The position numbers and the translations under genes were made by a program. The notes under the pieces were generated by a model, which saw only the letters and a list, made by a program, of their open reading frames with translations, did not search any database and was not told the DNA's origin. From an uncultured Phycisphaerales bacterium (GTDB lineage Bacteria > Planctomycetota > Phycisphaerae > Sedimentisphaerales > Anaerobacaceae): a DNA stretch of 64,000 bases. Positions within the stretch are counted from its first letter, which is position 1. The number at the start of each line of letters is the position of its first letter. The DNA lies in assembly GCA_963772725.1 (NCBI GenBank), contig CAVYYI010000001.1:736001-800000 (forward strand), in the 5' to 3' direction. Below are positions 1 to 12,418 of this stretch, piece by piece.

Positions 1-606
1 AGTTTTACGACCTTTTGTCCAAAGATATTTGTCTGTAAATCGATTTATTCTATATTTTTCAAAATCTATCTCAACATCAACACTATTTTCTATTTTAATT
101 AAAAATGGCCTTATTTTTTTCAAATGCATTGATATTGTTTTGTTATTAGTAACAATAAATTTATCTGTTTTTCTTTTGAAAACTTTGTATTTATTTCCTT
201 TTATTCCAAGTGATTTTTTGTTTAATGAATCCATTGGTATTATTTTATCTGGCTTATTGAGGAAAAATATCTTAGAAGCTAAAACTGTCATTACTTTATC
301 TGCATGAGTTAACTTATTGTTTTTCATTTCTTCTGCAAAATCATCCACCGCATCAGCGTCATTCAGTAGTTTGGAATTCTTTATAAATAGTATCAACTCT
401 TTCACTTTTTGCTTCTTGATATTTCTTGCTACTCTAAATTCATTGATAAATTTTTGGAAACCATTATTACACATCAGATAATCATCGACATTTTTTTTGT
501 TTCTTAAAAACAATTTAAAATTAGCAATGTATTCTAAATCTGATTTGTAATATGCAAGCAATTGACCCAATGATTCAATAACAACTTCAAGATTTAAAGC
601 TTCCAT
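1..606 (-). CDS. Hypothetical AT-rich protein, runs off the window (partial)
   Basis: Not in the ORF track. ATG at 606 with AGGA RBS; frame open to position 1 (MEALNLEVVIESLGQLLAYY...LASKIFFLNKPDKIIPMDS...). Confidence 0.7.
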   Translation of the reverse strand, partial: MEALNLEVVIESLGQLLAYYKSDLEYIANFKLFLRNKKNVDDYLMCNNGFQKFINEFRVARNIKKQKVKELILFIKNSKLLNDADAVDDFAEEMKNNKLTHADKVMTVLASKIFFLNKPDKIIPMDSLNKKSLGIKGNKYKVFKRKTDKFIVTNNKTISMHLKKIRPFLIKIENSVDVEIDFEKYRINRFTDKYLWTKGRKT

Positions 607-631
607 ATTATTCCTATTTTTCATTCGACCT

Positions 632-1372
632 TCAGTATTTTATCCACATCAGGCACAAGCCCTGAGGGGGTGCGATTGGTCCCGCTGCGGTGCGGGTTTT
701 GGCGTCGAGGATTTCCGTAATTTTTTCGGGTTTCCATCTGCCTCGGCCTATTTCGCTTAGTGTCCCGATAATATTTCTTACCATATTATACAAGAAACCG
801 TCGCCTTCGACATCAATATAAATCCAATCTTTTTCGGATGCGGCGTCGCAGCGGAAAATTGTTCTTACGGAGTTTTCCCGCTGGTCGTCAGCGGAGGCAA
901 AAGATTTGAAATCTTTTTTACCAAGCAGAAATTTAGCCGCTGTGTTCATTGCGGCAATATCAAGTTTTTCCGGCAGATGCCAGCAGCGTCTTATATGCAA
1001 AACAGGCCGAACAGGATTTGTGCAGATTGTGTAGCGATACAGTTTATTTGTAACATCGCTTATTACGTCAAAACCCATCGGTACTTCTGCGGCATCAATG
1101 ATTGCGATATCTTTGGGCAGCCGGTCTGTGATTGCTTTAGCGAAGTTCTCTGTTGGTATTGGCGAATCGATTTGGAATAGTGCAGCCTGCCCCAAGGCAC
1201 TTACGCCGGCGTCGGTTCTGCTTGCCCCTGTTATTCTGACCTCAAAGCCAACGAGATTTTGAATAGCATCAGTAAGCACGCCCTGAATAGTCTGTCTCCC
1301 CGGCTGAATCTGCCAGCCGGAGTAGTCGCTGCCGTCATATTGAACCGTTAATTTGATATTTCGCAAGGCCAT
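632..1372 (-). CDS. truA: tRNA pseudouridine(38-40) synthase
   Basis: YDGSDYSGWQ, SRTDAGVSALGQ and GFLYNMVR motifs. Confidence 0.97.
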   Translation of the reverse strand: MALRNIKLTVQYDGSDYSGWQIQPGRQTIQGVLTDAIQNLVGFEVRITGASRTDAGVSALGQAALFQIDSPIPTENFAKAITDRLPKDIAIIDAAEVPMGFDVISDVTNKLYRYTICTNPVRPVLHIRRCWHLPEKLDIAAMNTAAKFLLGKKDFKSFASADDQRENSVRTIFRCDAASEKDWIYIDVEGDGFLYNMVRNIIGTLSEIGRGRWKPEKITEILDAKTRTAAGPIAPPQGLCLMWIKY

Positions 1373-1374
1373 TT

Positions 1375-1819
1375 AAGAAGTCCAGAAGCCTGAATTCCAG
1401 AAGCCGGAATAAAAACAGAACAAAATTATTCAGAATTGTCGATTCTGAGTTTATATGTATAAGAACTCAGAAGCTTGCTTGTTTCCTCAAGTTCTTTCAT
1501 TAATTGGTTGGTATCACCATAACAAAGGTCTTTTATAAGAATCAGATAATATCTGACTTCTTCAAGCGAACCATGAGCAATGTTAAAATAGCGTGCTTTA
1601 TCGGCTTTACCTCTTTTGCAAAATCCCTCTGCAATATTTGCCGGTATTGAAACGGCTGCCCGCCGAATTTTGGGAATTCCTGAGTAAGATGATAAATACC
1701 AATCACGAGCCTATGTGCTTTCTGCCACACCAGAAGGTCTTCAAACTTTGTTGCAGGTTTTAAAATCATGATTTAATTTTTCCATTCTAACTTCTGGACT
1801 TCCGGACTTCTGGCTTCTA
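1375..1819. repeat. Inverted arrays of 7-8 bp units (AGAAGCC/AGAAGTCC) flanking the four-helix-bundle gene
   Basis: 1375-1409 agaagtccagaagcctgaattccagaagccggaa versus 1785-1819 ttctaacttctggacttccggacttctggcttcta (reverse-complement units). Confidence 0.75.
1426..1769 (-). pseudogene. Four-helix-bundle protein (23S rRNA intervening-sequence protein family), internally deleted and frameshifted
   Basis: FEDLLVWQKAH...EFPK, then in another frame IRRAAVSIPANIAEGF...GSLEEVRYYL...DNSE*; the usual ExYGLTSQ segment is missing. Confidence 0.8.
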
Positions 1820-2818
1820 AATCAGTTTTTCTGCGATTTGTACAGCGTTTAGAGCGGCGCCTTTTCGCAACTGGTCGCCGACGACCCAGAGATTTATGCC
1901 GCGATTGTCCGGTATCGATTCATCCTGTCGAATTCTGCCGACAAAAACATCGTCCTTTCCGGAGGCGTCTATCGGCATCGGGAAGCGGTTATTTTTGCAG
2001 TCATCAATTATAGAAACACCCGGCGCGGTGCTGAGAAGGTCTCTTACCTCGCCCGGCGTGATAGGGTCGGTAAATTCAAGATTAATGCTTTCGCTGTGTG
2101 CTCTTAAAACGGGAACACGCACACAGGTACAGGTAATCGCGATACTTGTGCAGTCGAAAATCTTCCTGGTTTCTTTGACCATTTTTATCTCTTCCTCATT
2201 GTAGCCGTTCGGGCCTATAGCCGAATTGTGGCAGTAAAGATTAAAAGCGAGCTGATAAGGAAGCATTTTACAGGTTGGTTGTTTGCCATCAAGCAATTCC
2301 CGAGTTTGAGTTTCCAGTTCCACCATCGCGGAATGTCCTGCGCCGCTGGCGGCCTGATAAGTGCTTACTATCATTCTTTTGACCGGATTGGCTTTGTGCA
2401 AAGGCCAAACAGGCACAATGGCGATAATTGTAGAGCAGTTGGGATTGGCGATTATGCCCTTGTGTTCGCGGATTTTCTGCGGATTTATTTCCGGTATCAC
2501 AAGCGGAACTGTGGGGTCCATTCGGTATGCTGAGGAATTGTCCACTACAACGGCGCCATCTTTAACCGCGGCAGGACCGAATTCTCTGCTTCTCGAAGCG
2601 CCAGCGCTGAAAAGAGCTATATCGATGCCTTTAAAACTGTCCTTTGTCATTTCTTCAACGGTATAGTCCTTGTTTTTGAAAGTGATTGTTTTGCCTGCTG
2701 AGCGGCTGCTCGCGAGCATTTTAAGCGAATCAAAGGGGAAATCCCGCTGTTCGAGAATTGCCAGAAACTCCTGGCCCACAGCGCCGGTTACTCCTGCTAT
2801 TGCCACATTACAACCCAT
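1817..2818 (-). CDS. asd: Aspartate-semialdehyde dehydrogenase
   Basis: GVTGAVG, IANPNCSTI and DQLRKGAALNAVQIAE motifs. Confidence 0.97.
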   Translation of the reverse strand: MGCNVAIAGVTGAVGQEFLAILEQRDFPFDSLKMLASSRSAGKTITFKNKDYTVEEMTKDSFKGIDIALFSAGASRSREFGPAAVKDGAVVVDNSSAYRMDPTVPLVIPEINPQKIREHKGIIANPNCSTIIAIVPVWPLHKANPVKRMIVSTYQAASGAGHSAMVELETQTRELLDGKQPTCKMLPYQLAFNLYCHNSAIGPNGYNEEEIKMVKETRKIFDCTSIAITCTCVRVPVLRAHSESINLEFTDPITPGEVRDLLSTAPGVSIIDDCKNNRFPMPIDASGKDDVFVGRIRQDESIPDNRGINLWVVGDQLRKGAALNAVQIAEKLI

Positions 2819-2984
2819 ACTAAACTCCTAAAATGTTTTAGTTTATCGGTATTTCTAAAACCACATCCATTTAAAAAATTTACACAATTCTACAAACTAA
2901 CATTTTTACAGATTAAATACAATAGCCTTGTTAAAAATGAGGCTAATAATATAAATTAGGCATTCTTCTAACAGGCAGACATCT

Positions 2985-4478
2985 TTATGGTATATTCAGC
3001 GTGATAAGGCGTTTGTAATTTCTATCCTGAACAAGGAGCATAACAGTTTTGCCTTTTTCAGCCTCTTTAATTGCCCTGTTAAATTCACTTACATTTTTAA
3101 CGGGTTTCCTGTTGACCTCAATAATTAATGTTCCGACGCTAATACCCGCGAAGTCTGCCAATGAACCCGACTCAACGGCGGTAACAACCACTCCGGTTGT
3201 ATTTTTATAGCCAAGCCGGTCGGCTATTTCGCTGGTAAGATTCTGAACGCTGAGACCGAGTTTTTCAACGCTTCCTCCCTGTTCCGCGGATGCGAGTGCC
3301 TCTTCCGAGGGGCGTTTGCCGAGTTCGACAGTAATATATTTCTTCTTATTATCGCGCAAAACATCCAGTTTGACCTTTGTGCCGGGTTTCAGCATTGCTA
3401 TCTTATTTCTGAATGTATCCGATTTTTCCACCGGTTTGCCGTCAACCGCAACGATAATGTCGTATTGTTTGAGACCGGCTTTATCAGCGGGAGAGCCTTC
3501 GGTAACATCCGCAATCACTGCGCCTTTAACATCTTTGTCAACATTAAGCGTCTTTACCAGTTCTTCGGTCAGGTCCTGCAGTGTAACACCAATAAATCCT
3601 CGAACAACTTCACCGCCGTGTTTGATTTGTTCATAGGCGTTTTTCGCGAGATTAATCGGTATTGCTAATCCTATGCCGATATTACCGCTCGAACCGATTA
3701 TCGCGGTATTTATGCCGACAGCTTTGCCATCGAGATTGAGCAGTGGACCGCCGGAATTGCCGGGATTGATGGCGGCATCTGTCTGTATGAAATCGTCAAA
3801 GCTTGTAAGACCAATTTTCCTGCTCTTTGCGCTTACTATGCCGGCTGTTACCGTATGCGATAAACCGAAGGGATTACCGATTGCGACAACCCATTCCCCG
3901 ACTTCCAGTGCATCGGAATCACCCAGTTCAAGGTAAGGATAATTATTTCCCTCAATTTTTATAACCGCGACATCGGATTCTGGATCCCTTCCGATAATTT
4001 TGGCCTCCACCTCAGAAGAATCTCCGACTTTAACTTTAATTTTGTCCGCGTTTTCCACCATGTGATTATTCGTCAGGATATAGCCATCAGGAGAAATAAT
4101 AAATCCCGACCCCTGTGCCTCCATACGCGGCTGAGACCTTTGTCCTCGTCCACGAGGCATTTGCCGACCATGGAAGAAAAAGTCGAAGAAATCGTCATCG
4201 AACGGGTTGCCGAACGGCGATTCCGCGGATGGATACTCGCGATTTACGGTTCTTTCCATTTTAATACCGACGACAGCCGGGGAAGCTTTTCCCGCAATGG
4301 TGGAAAAAGCCTTGCCCATTTGGCGAAGCATATCGATACTGCTGTTATCCGCCCCCCAAAGCGATACAGGCGTAATTAACAGCAAAAGTGTCACAACGAT
4401 AGTTGAAAAGTGCTGCGGCATGGTTCTTTTGTGTCTGACAATGACAGTCTTCATAATTTTTTCTCCTAAAAATGTCAC
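2985..4478 (-). CDS. DegP/DegQ (HtrA) periplasmic serine protease with two PDZ domains; true start probably slightly downstream
   Basis: GSGFII, TNNHMV and IQTDAAINPGNSGGPL motifs; signal peptide; two PDZ domains. Confidence 0.95.
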   Translation of the reverse strand: MTFLGEKIMKTVIVRHKRTMPQHFSTIVVTLLLLITPVSLWGADNSSIDMLRQMGKAFSTIAGKASPAVVGIKMERTVNREYPSAESPFGNPFDDDFFDFFFHGRQMPRGRGQRSQPRMEAQGSGFIISPDGYILTNNHMVENADKIKVKVGDSSEVEAKIIGRDPESDVAVIKIEGNNYPYLELGDSDALEVGEWVVAIGNPFGLSHTVTAGIVSAKSRKIGLTSFDDFIQTDAAINPGNSGGPLLNLDGKAVGINTAIIGSSGNIGIGLAIPINLAKNAYEQIKHGGEVVRGFIGVTLQDLTEELVKTLNVDKDVKGAVIADVTEGSPADKAGLKQYDIIVAVDGKPVEKSDTFRNKIAMLKPGTKVKLDVLRDNKKKYITVELGKRPSEEALASAEQGGSVEKLGLSVQNLTSEIADRLGYKNTTGVVVTAVESGSLADFAGISVGTLIIEVNRKPVKNVSEFNRAIKEAEKGKTVMLLVQDRNYKRLITLNIP

Positions 4479-4708
4479 ATAATTTTCTTAAAAACAAGAA
4501 TTTAACATCCAAACCCAAAAAACAGATATGATTTTTTACGATTTTACTGCCAATAAGTTCAAAATGCCAAAAAATAATTTTTTCTTAGCAAAAGTCAGAA
4601 AATTAATATAAGATTTTAAATTGCGGAACTTAGGGTATTGTTAATTGTATAACCCAATAGAGATGCTCAGTTATTTAGGTAAACAATGCATAATAACCCA
4701 TAAAATAG

Positions 4709-5647
4709 ATGAGACACAAAATGGCTGAGGTTGAAATAAACATAAAATACAGAAGAAGGCCGTCGATAGCATTGATGCTTTCGCTTATTATGCCGGGACT
4801 TGGGCATATATATTGCGGAAGAATTGTAAAAGGGCTTGTATTTGTCTTGTTAAATTCAATACCATTTTTAGGATTACTTTTCACCTATGCGTCTATCGGA
4901 ACGATAACTTTACTGATAATGATATTTGTTTCGTTTGGAATTTTTCTTACAGCGATAATTGATTCTTATTATATCGCCAAACATACAAGGCTGGATTATG
5001 AGTTGAAAGATTATAACCGGTGGTATGTATACGTACTTTTGATTATTCTGAGTACGTTTAGTTCAAAAGAGGCAGCATTAAACTTTAAAAATAACTACCT
5101 TGAAGCATTTCGTATGAGCACATCGTCGTCTATGTATCCGACGATTGCGCCTCAAGACAGATTCTTGGTAGATAAAATTTTATACAAAAAAGAAAATCCT
5201 AAACGAGGTGATGTTGTTGTTTTTATTTCTCCTGATAATCGCAACGTGAGCTATATAAAAAGAATTGTAGCCGTTGCGGGTGATACGGTCGAAATGAAAA
5301 ACAACGAACTGTATATAAACTGCAAAAAACTCGAAAGGGCAAAGACTGGTCAATTGATTTCAAATGGCCCCAAGCATACGGAAAAAGGACAGGTTTTTAT
5401 TGAGAACAACGGCCAAACCGAATATAAAATCTTTTTGGCCGATGTCAATTATGCAAAAGAACAAGGCGTTGCTGATTTTGCTGAAATAACCGTACCTAAG
5501 AATTATTGTTTTGTCCTCGGGGATAATAGAAATAATTCATGGGACAGCAGAAACTTTGGACCTATTCCTTTGGCTACAATCAAAGGTAAAGCTGAATATA
5601 TCTACTGGCCGGCCAAAGATTGGTCAGATTTTGGAAAAATCCAATAA
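4709..5647 (+). CDS. lepB: Signal peptidase I with N-terminal membrane extension
   Basis: SSMYPT, RGDVVVF, YIKRIVAVAGD and GDNRNNSWDSRNFG motifs. Confidence 0.93.
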   Translation: MRHKMAEVEINIKYRRRPSIALMLSLIMPGLGHIYCGRIVKGLVFVLLNSIPFLGLLFTYASIGTITLLIMIFVSFGIFLTAIIDSYYIAKHTRLDYELKDYNRWYVYVLLIILSTFSSKEAALNFKNNYLEAFRMSTSSSMYPTIAPQDRFLVDKILYKKENPKRGDVVVFISPDNRNVSYIKRIVAVAGDTVEMKNNELYINCKKLERAKTGQLISNGPKHTEKGQVFIENNGQTEYKIFLADVNYAKEQGVADFAEITVPKNYCFVLGDNRNNSWDSRNFGPIPLATIKGKAEYIYWPAKDWSDFGKIQ

Positions 5648-5680
5648 TACAAAAGCCCCGGGGAGCCGGGGCTTTGTATT
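5647..5680. terminator. Probable bidirectional intrinsic terminator
   Basis: aatacaaaagccccgg-ggag-ccggggctttgtatt hairpin between convergent genes. Confidence 0.75.
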
Positions 5681-5702
5681 GCAAATAACTTGAATTGAGG
5701 TT

Positions 5703-6794
5703 CTATTTTACTTCGTCATCAATCCAGCCGACCAGTTCTTTAACGTCGTTCAGGGTAATATCGCCCATGTGAGCGATTCTGAAGGTTTTGTCCTTGAGGT
5801 CGCCGTAACCGTTGCCGAAAGCGGTATTATGCTTCTGCTGGACGGCTTTGATTACGTCTCCGACGTTGATATTCTTCGTATTCGTAACTGTGGTAAGAGT
5901 ATTGGAAGCATACTTTTCCTCGCAGAACAGTGCGAATCTTTCTTTAGCCCAGCCGCGTACGAAATCTGCCATAGTTTTGTGGCGTTTCCAGACATTATCC
6001 ATACCTTCGGCGAGCAGTTTCTGGCACTGATAGTTCAATGCATAGATATGAGGAATGCTCGGCGTGGTCGGGGTCTGGTTTTTCTCAGCTGACTTTGCGA
6101 AAGACACAAAATCAAAATAGTAGCCGCGTCCCGGGACGGTCTTACTCTTGGCAAGTGCGCGATTGCTGACGGCCGCTACCGCGAATCCCGGCGGAATCGC
6201 AAAGGCTTTTTGAACTGAGGCGAAAGCGACATCCCAGCCTAATTGATCAAAATGCATCGGCATACCAACCATCGCGCTGACGCAATCGACAAAGACCAGC
6301 ACGTCTGGATATTTCTTTTTCAGCATCTCACTTATTTCATATACAGGGTTAATCAGGCCAGTGCTTGTTTCGCTGTAAACAAGGGTAATGGCGGCGAATT
6401 TGCCCGAAGCGAGTTTCTTGTCAATCATCTCGGGTGTGGTGGGTTTGCCCCATTCGACTTTAAGCTCTTCTGATTTTTCTGCCGCACGATTTCGACCACA
6501 TCAGCCCATTTATCGCTGAATGCGCCGCACATCGTGCAGAGAACTGTTTCATCAAAGCCGACGCAATTGCGAATTGCCGCTTCCCAGATGACCCGACGCT
6601 GATGATGTTACCAGGAAAACGTTCTGCTGAGTGAATAGGATTTTTTTCAGCATATCAACTGTCTCGAGCTGCAGTTGAGCATACTCTTTGCCGCGATGGC
6701 CAAGTGTCGGCCTTGCGAGTTGCAGAAGCACATCGTCTTTAACATGAACCGGGCCCGGGATAAATAATCTCGGTGGATTTCTCCAATCTGCCAT
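5703..6794 (-). CDS. Class V PLP aminotransferase (serine-pyruvate/alanine-glyoxylate type), frameshifted
   Basis: LFIPGPV, SETSTG, VDCVS, SVQKAFAIPPG and FRIAHMG motifs split over two frames. Confidence 0.9.
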
Positions 6795-6815
6795 ATTTTG
6801 AACTCCTATAAAAAG

Positions 6816-8130
6816 TTAATATTTGTTAATAGTTAAACCTGTAAAAACCTTCGGATAAAAGTAAGTCGATTTCTGCGGCATTTTTTCGCCCGTGGTCGGC
6901 GACCATCTGAATCTGTTTTATCCTTGGCGGATTCATAAAAAATACCACCTGTTTTTTACCGCTGTCAACATTTGCAATCGACTCATCTATGGCGTTGTCA
7001 GTGTCTTTTATATACTCGATATTGCTCTGGTTTGCCAGTTTTTTCTCGTCGATACCAAGCAGCTTTTCAAGGATTAATTTATGCAGTATCGCCACATCCA
7101 GCGAACTCCATGCATCGACTCATTTTCTGGTGCAGCCAAATCCATAGCTTTTTTATTGTTAAGAACAGCCACAAAAAAGCTCTTGTTGCCGCTATAAATT
7201 CCAAAAGCATTTCTTCTTTGTCATATTCTGCCTTCATCTCGGAAAGCATCTTTCTGTTTTGCATCGGTCTTCCGGCAGGGGAATCGAATTCATATTACTT
7301 AATTTCGAAATTCGTCTTTAAGGCCTTTGAATAATTTACCCAAGCTCGAAATCTTCGACATTGCTAACAACTCGATGTGTAGCCAAGACCAACAAGCCCT
7401 CGTTTTTGGTATTTGTAAACGCAATCATCTGGTATGCAGCATTTGGATTGCCTGTTTCTTTATAATAATTCAGGCCGGTCTCATAGCGATGATGCCCATC
7501 AGCTATAATACAGCTTTTATTGCTCATCATTTTCGCGATAGCTTCTATGTCTGTTTGCTTTGTTATTGCAAAAACGCGATGTCGAACGTTCTGGTCATCA
7601 ATGAAATCGATGAGAGGTTTACCAGTTATTACTTCGGCGATGATTTTGTCGGCGACTTTTTTTGTATCTTCATAAAGCATAAATACAAGGCCAAACACGG
7701 CGGCGGTTGCTCTTTGAAGATTGAGCCTGTCTATTCGCGGGCCGGTTAATGTCTGTTCGTGCGGCCTGACAATTTTGCCGAACTCTTCCAGTTTGCCAAG
7801 GGCAATAAAACTCAACCGCTGAAAATGCCGGCCGCCGACATCGAAATTCTGTACATAACCATAAATAGTTTCACTGCTGTCCTGTTTGAGAACGCCTTTT
7901 GCGATCCAGTCTTTGAAATATTCTGCCGCCCGCGTGTATTGGTTGTTTGTTTCGTTGTCGGCAGATGTGGTTTTACCTTTTATTATTCGAATGATGTTGT
8001 ACTGATTTTTTTCATAGAGCTGCTCCTGCTGCTTTTCATTGATAACATCGTAAGGCGGCGATATGCAGTCGCCGGCGTTTCCGACCGTTTTATCATCGAA
8101 CCTAAATGCTTTGAACGGCTTAATTTCCAT
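6816..8130 (-). CDS. DUF1015 family protein, frameshifted
   Basis: IKPFKAFR, PPYDVI, RPHEQT, IADGHHRYET and C-terminal MPQKSTYFYPK, spread over several frames. Confidence 0.88.
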
Positions 8131-8182
8131 ACTAAACCCTAATCTTTTTCATTTAAGAAGTTACACCTTCTCTATGTTGTTT

Positions 8183-9687
<1,505 letters not shown>

Positions 9688-9760
9688 TAAGCTCTTCTAA
9701 AAGTTTTTTTCTTTCTATTTCTGTCATAGTAAAACTTTTTGATAATCGGTTTCCCAATAA

Positions 9761-10615
9761 TCAATCGTTCAATCCTATTTTACATCTATGTTTGTTATAT
9801 TGTTCATGGGCATTCTTCTCCAGGCTTTTATAGGCGTTGAGTCTTTTAATCATCAGGTCGAAATTGACTTTATGCCCGTCGAATTCCGGCCCATCAACGC
9901 AAACAAATTGCGGCTTGCCGTCGACTTCCACACGGCATCCGCCGCACATCCCGGTGCCGTCAACCATAATTGTATTAAGAGAAACTTCCGTCGGCACATT
10001 GAACTGCTTTGTAACTGCGCAGCAGAATTTCATCATTATCGCCGGGCCGATTACCAATGCCAGATTCGGCTTTGGGTTTCTCTGGCAAATTTCTTTAAGC
10101 GGCTCAGTTACCAGTGCTTTTCTGCCATAAGAACCGTCATCGGTAACGATTATCAATTCATCGCTCAGCTTTGAAAACTCATCTTCGAGAATGAGCAGTT
10201 CTTTATTTCTCGCGCCGAGAATGCTGATTACTTTATTGCCGGCATTTTTCAATGCGTTGGCGATCGGCAGAAGCGGGGCATTGCCGATTCCGCCGCCGAC
10301 ACAGACTACCGTACCGAACTTTTCAATATATGTCGGTTTTCCCAGAGGTCCGGCTATGTTGTCGATCTCGTCGCCGACTTTTAAGTCAGCCATTTCTGCG
10401 GTAGTTTTACCTACCCGCTGCCAAATCAGGCGAATAGTGCCTTTTTGAGGGTTCGCGTCCGCGATTGTCAGCGGAATCCGTTCGCAATAATCGGTATTTA
10501 TGCTGACAATAACAAATTGGCCGGGTTTTCTCGCCTTGGCAATGAGCGAGGCCTCTACCTCAATGGTAAAGACATTTTCCGACAACTGTTTTTTTGATAT
10601 TATCCTGTGCGACAC
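9761..10615 (-). CDS. Sulfide/dihydroorotate dehydrogenase-like FAD/NAD-binding subunit (NfnA/SudB type)
   Basis: PGQFVI, ERIPLTIAD and MVDGTGMCGGCRV...CVDGPEFDGH motifs. Confidence 0.92.
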   Translation of the reverse strand: MSHRIISKKQLSENVFTIEVEASLIAKARKPGQFVIVSINTDYCERIPLTIADANPQKGTIRLIWQRVGKTTAEMADLKVGDEIDNIAGPLGKPTYIEKFGTVVCVGGGIGNAPLLPIANALKNAGNKVISILGARNKELLILEDEFSKLSDELIIVTDDGSYGRKALVTEPLKEICQRNPKPNLALVIGPAIMMKFCCAVTKQFNVPTEVSLNTIMVDGTGMCGGCRVEVDGKPQFVCVDGPEFDGHKVNFDLMIKRLNAYKSLEKNAHEQYNKHRCKIGLND

Positions 10616-10712
10616 GTTTACTTTCGCCTAAAATATAAAAACATCATTATATCATAGAAGAGACCGGAGAGTTTAAGACTGATAGCTGGTACATAAAAAC
10701 GCTGCTTCAAAC

Positions 10713-11039
10713 TCACAGCAGTTCATCAATGGCGGCGGAAATATTTTTTTTGCTTGTCAGGCCAACCCATTTTTTCTGAACCTGTCCGTTTTTGAACAGA
10801 ATTATGGTTGGTATGGCGTTTATGCCAAACTCCATCGCGCTGTCGCGGGCGTCATCGGTATTGAGTTTACAGATTTTGGCTTTATCGGCATATTCCGCCC
10901 CAATCTCGTTTATGATAGGAGCCATCATTTTGCACGGCCCGCACCACGGCGCCCAGAAATCGACCAGCACAGGCTCGGTTGAATTGTGAACCACATCGTC
11001 AAAAATCGCATCATCTAATTCTATTACATTTTCGGACAT
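10713..11039 (-). CDS. trxA: Thioredoxin
   Basis: VDFWAPWCGPCK motif; start placed at MSENVIEL. Confidence 0.95.
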   Translation of the reverse strand: MSENVIELDDAIFDDVVHNSTEPVLVDFWAPWCGPCKMMAPIINEIGAEYADKAKICKLNTDDARDSAMEFGINAIPTIILFKNGQVQKKWVGLTSKKNISAAIDELL

Positions 11040-11110
11040 TGTTTTCGTTCCTTCTAAATCCTGAGTAGCTTTTATTCTATTTATGTCTATGGTTCTTGTC
11101 AAATAATAAT

Positions 11111-12130
11111 TTACGGTTCGTCCAAAGATTCGGCAGGCGGCTGGATTTGTTCGTCAGTCATTGTCGTAGTATCTGAGTCAGACTCAGGCGGCAGTTCTAC
11201 GATAGGAATTGCTGGTTGCTCTTGCGACTCGATTTGGGCTTCTGTTCTTTCCGGTTCCTCATCGTTTTCGAGAGGCAAATCCTCGATTTCTTCGATATTT
11301 TCATCTGATAACTGCTCAGTTTCCTGTTCCGCGGTCTGTTTGTTTTCTTCGGAGCGGCTGTGCGACAACAGTGTCGCGTTTTGTACTGCCAACTCAGCCG
11401 GTTCTTCGGTCAAGGCCCGTAGATAGAGCGACGTCGAATTCTCCGGCTGTTCAACCCACACGAGTTTTTCGCGAACTAATTCGAGTATCGCCAGAAAATA
11501 CCCGACAAGCACCATTCTGCTGTTTTTCCCTTCGAAAATTCGCTCAAAGACAGTGGGGCCTTCTGTCTGAAGGCGATGCAGGATTTCTATCTGATATAAA
11601 TCTATCGGCGTATCATCCGTTATGTGCCTTATATCCATATACGAACCGGTAGCGGTCATTATTGAGTCGAATGCTTCGAGAAGGTCCCAGATACTGACCT
11701 GCTCAAGGTCAATCTGTGGTTCGGAATTGGGTCTTAGCTGCTCAATAATCGTATTGGGACGTGCGAAACGCTCCCGCTGTTCTTCCGCGGCGCCGCCAAG
11801 TAAATTCGCAGCATCCTTAAATTTTTTATAATCGAGAAGCTGGCGGATAAGTTCGGCTCTCGGGTCGCTGCTGTCAGCGTCTATTTGTTCGGTGTCCGCT
11901 TTGGGCAGCAGCATAGCGGATTTTATGTGTATCAGTGTCGCCGCCATTACCAGAAAATCGCCGGCTAAATCAATATCAATACTTTTGAGCATATCGACAT
12001 AGTGGATGTACTGGTCGGTTATCCTGGTGATGGAAATATCATAGATATCCACCTCATCTTTGCGGATAAGATACAGCAGCAGGTCCAAAGGACCGGCAAA
12101 AACATCAAGATTTACACGATAGTCGCTCAA
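11111..12130 (-). CDS. scpA: Segregation/condensation protein A with acidic C-terminal tail
   Basis: FAGPLDLLLYLI, DFLVMAATL and FLAILEL motifs. Confidence 0.93.
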   Translation of the reverse strand: MSDYRVNLDVFAGPLDLLLYLIRKDEVDIYDISITRITDQYIHYVDMLKSIDIDLAGDFLVMAATLIHIKSAMLLPKADTEQIDADSSDPRAELIRQLLDYKKFKDAANLLGGAAEEQRERFARPNTIIEQLRPNSEPQIDLEQVSIWDLLEAFDSIMTATGSYMDIRHITDDTPIDLYQIEILHRLQTEGPTVFERIFEGKNSRMVLVGYFLAILELVREKLVWVEQPENSTSLYLRALTEEPAELAVQNATLLSHSRSEENKQTAEQETEQLSDENIEEIEDLPLENDEEPERTEAQIESQEQPAIPIVELPPESDSDTTTMTDEQIQPPAESLDEP

Positions 12131-12417
12131 GTATTTTCGTCCTCATCCTCTTCATCGAGGTCAGATTCCATTTCTTCGGGCATATCAATATTTTCAGCGG
12201 GATCATGTTCCATTGAATCCAATATTTCCAAAGCTTCTTTTGCTTTGTTCTCAAAAACCTGCAGTTCGCACTCCATCATCGGCACAAACGAATAAATATT
12301 AGACGCATTCGCGCCCATCACTACGGCCTCTATACCGCAATCTTCAAGAAATTGCTTTGCAAGCTCTGCCCGCATATAATCTGCGTATTTAGCAATAGTA
12401 ACAAGCTTATCAGCCAT
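12127..12417 (-). CDS. DUF2007-like small protein
   Basis: LVTIAKY...AELAKQFLEDCGIEA...LQV...A.EAL pattern; lies in an operon. Confidence 0.7.
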   Translation of the reverse strand: MADKLVTIAKYADYMRAELAKQFLEDCGIEAVVMGANASNIYSFVPMMECELQVFENKAKEALEILDSMEHDPAENIDMPEEMESDLDEEDEDENT

Positions 12418-12418
12418 T

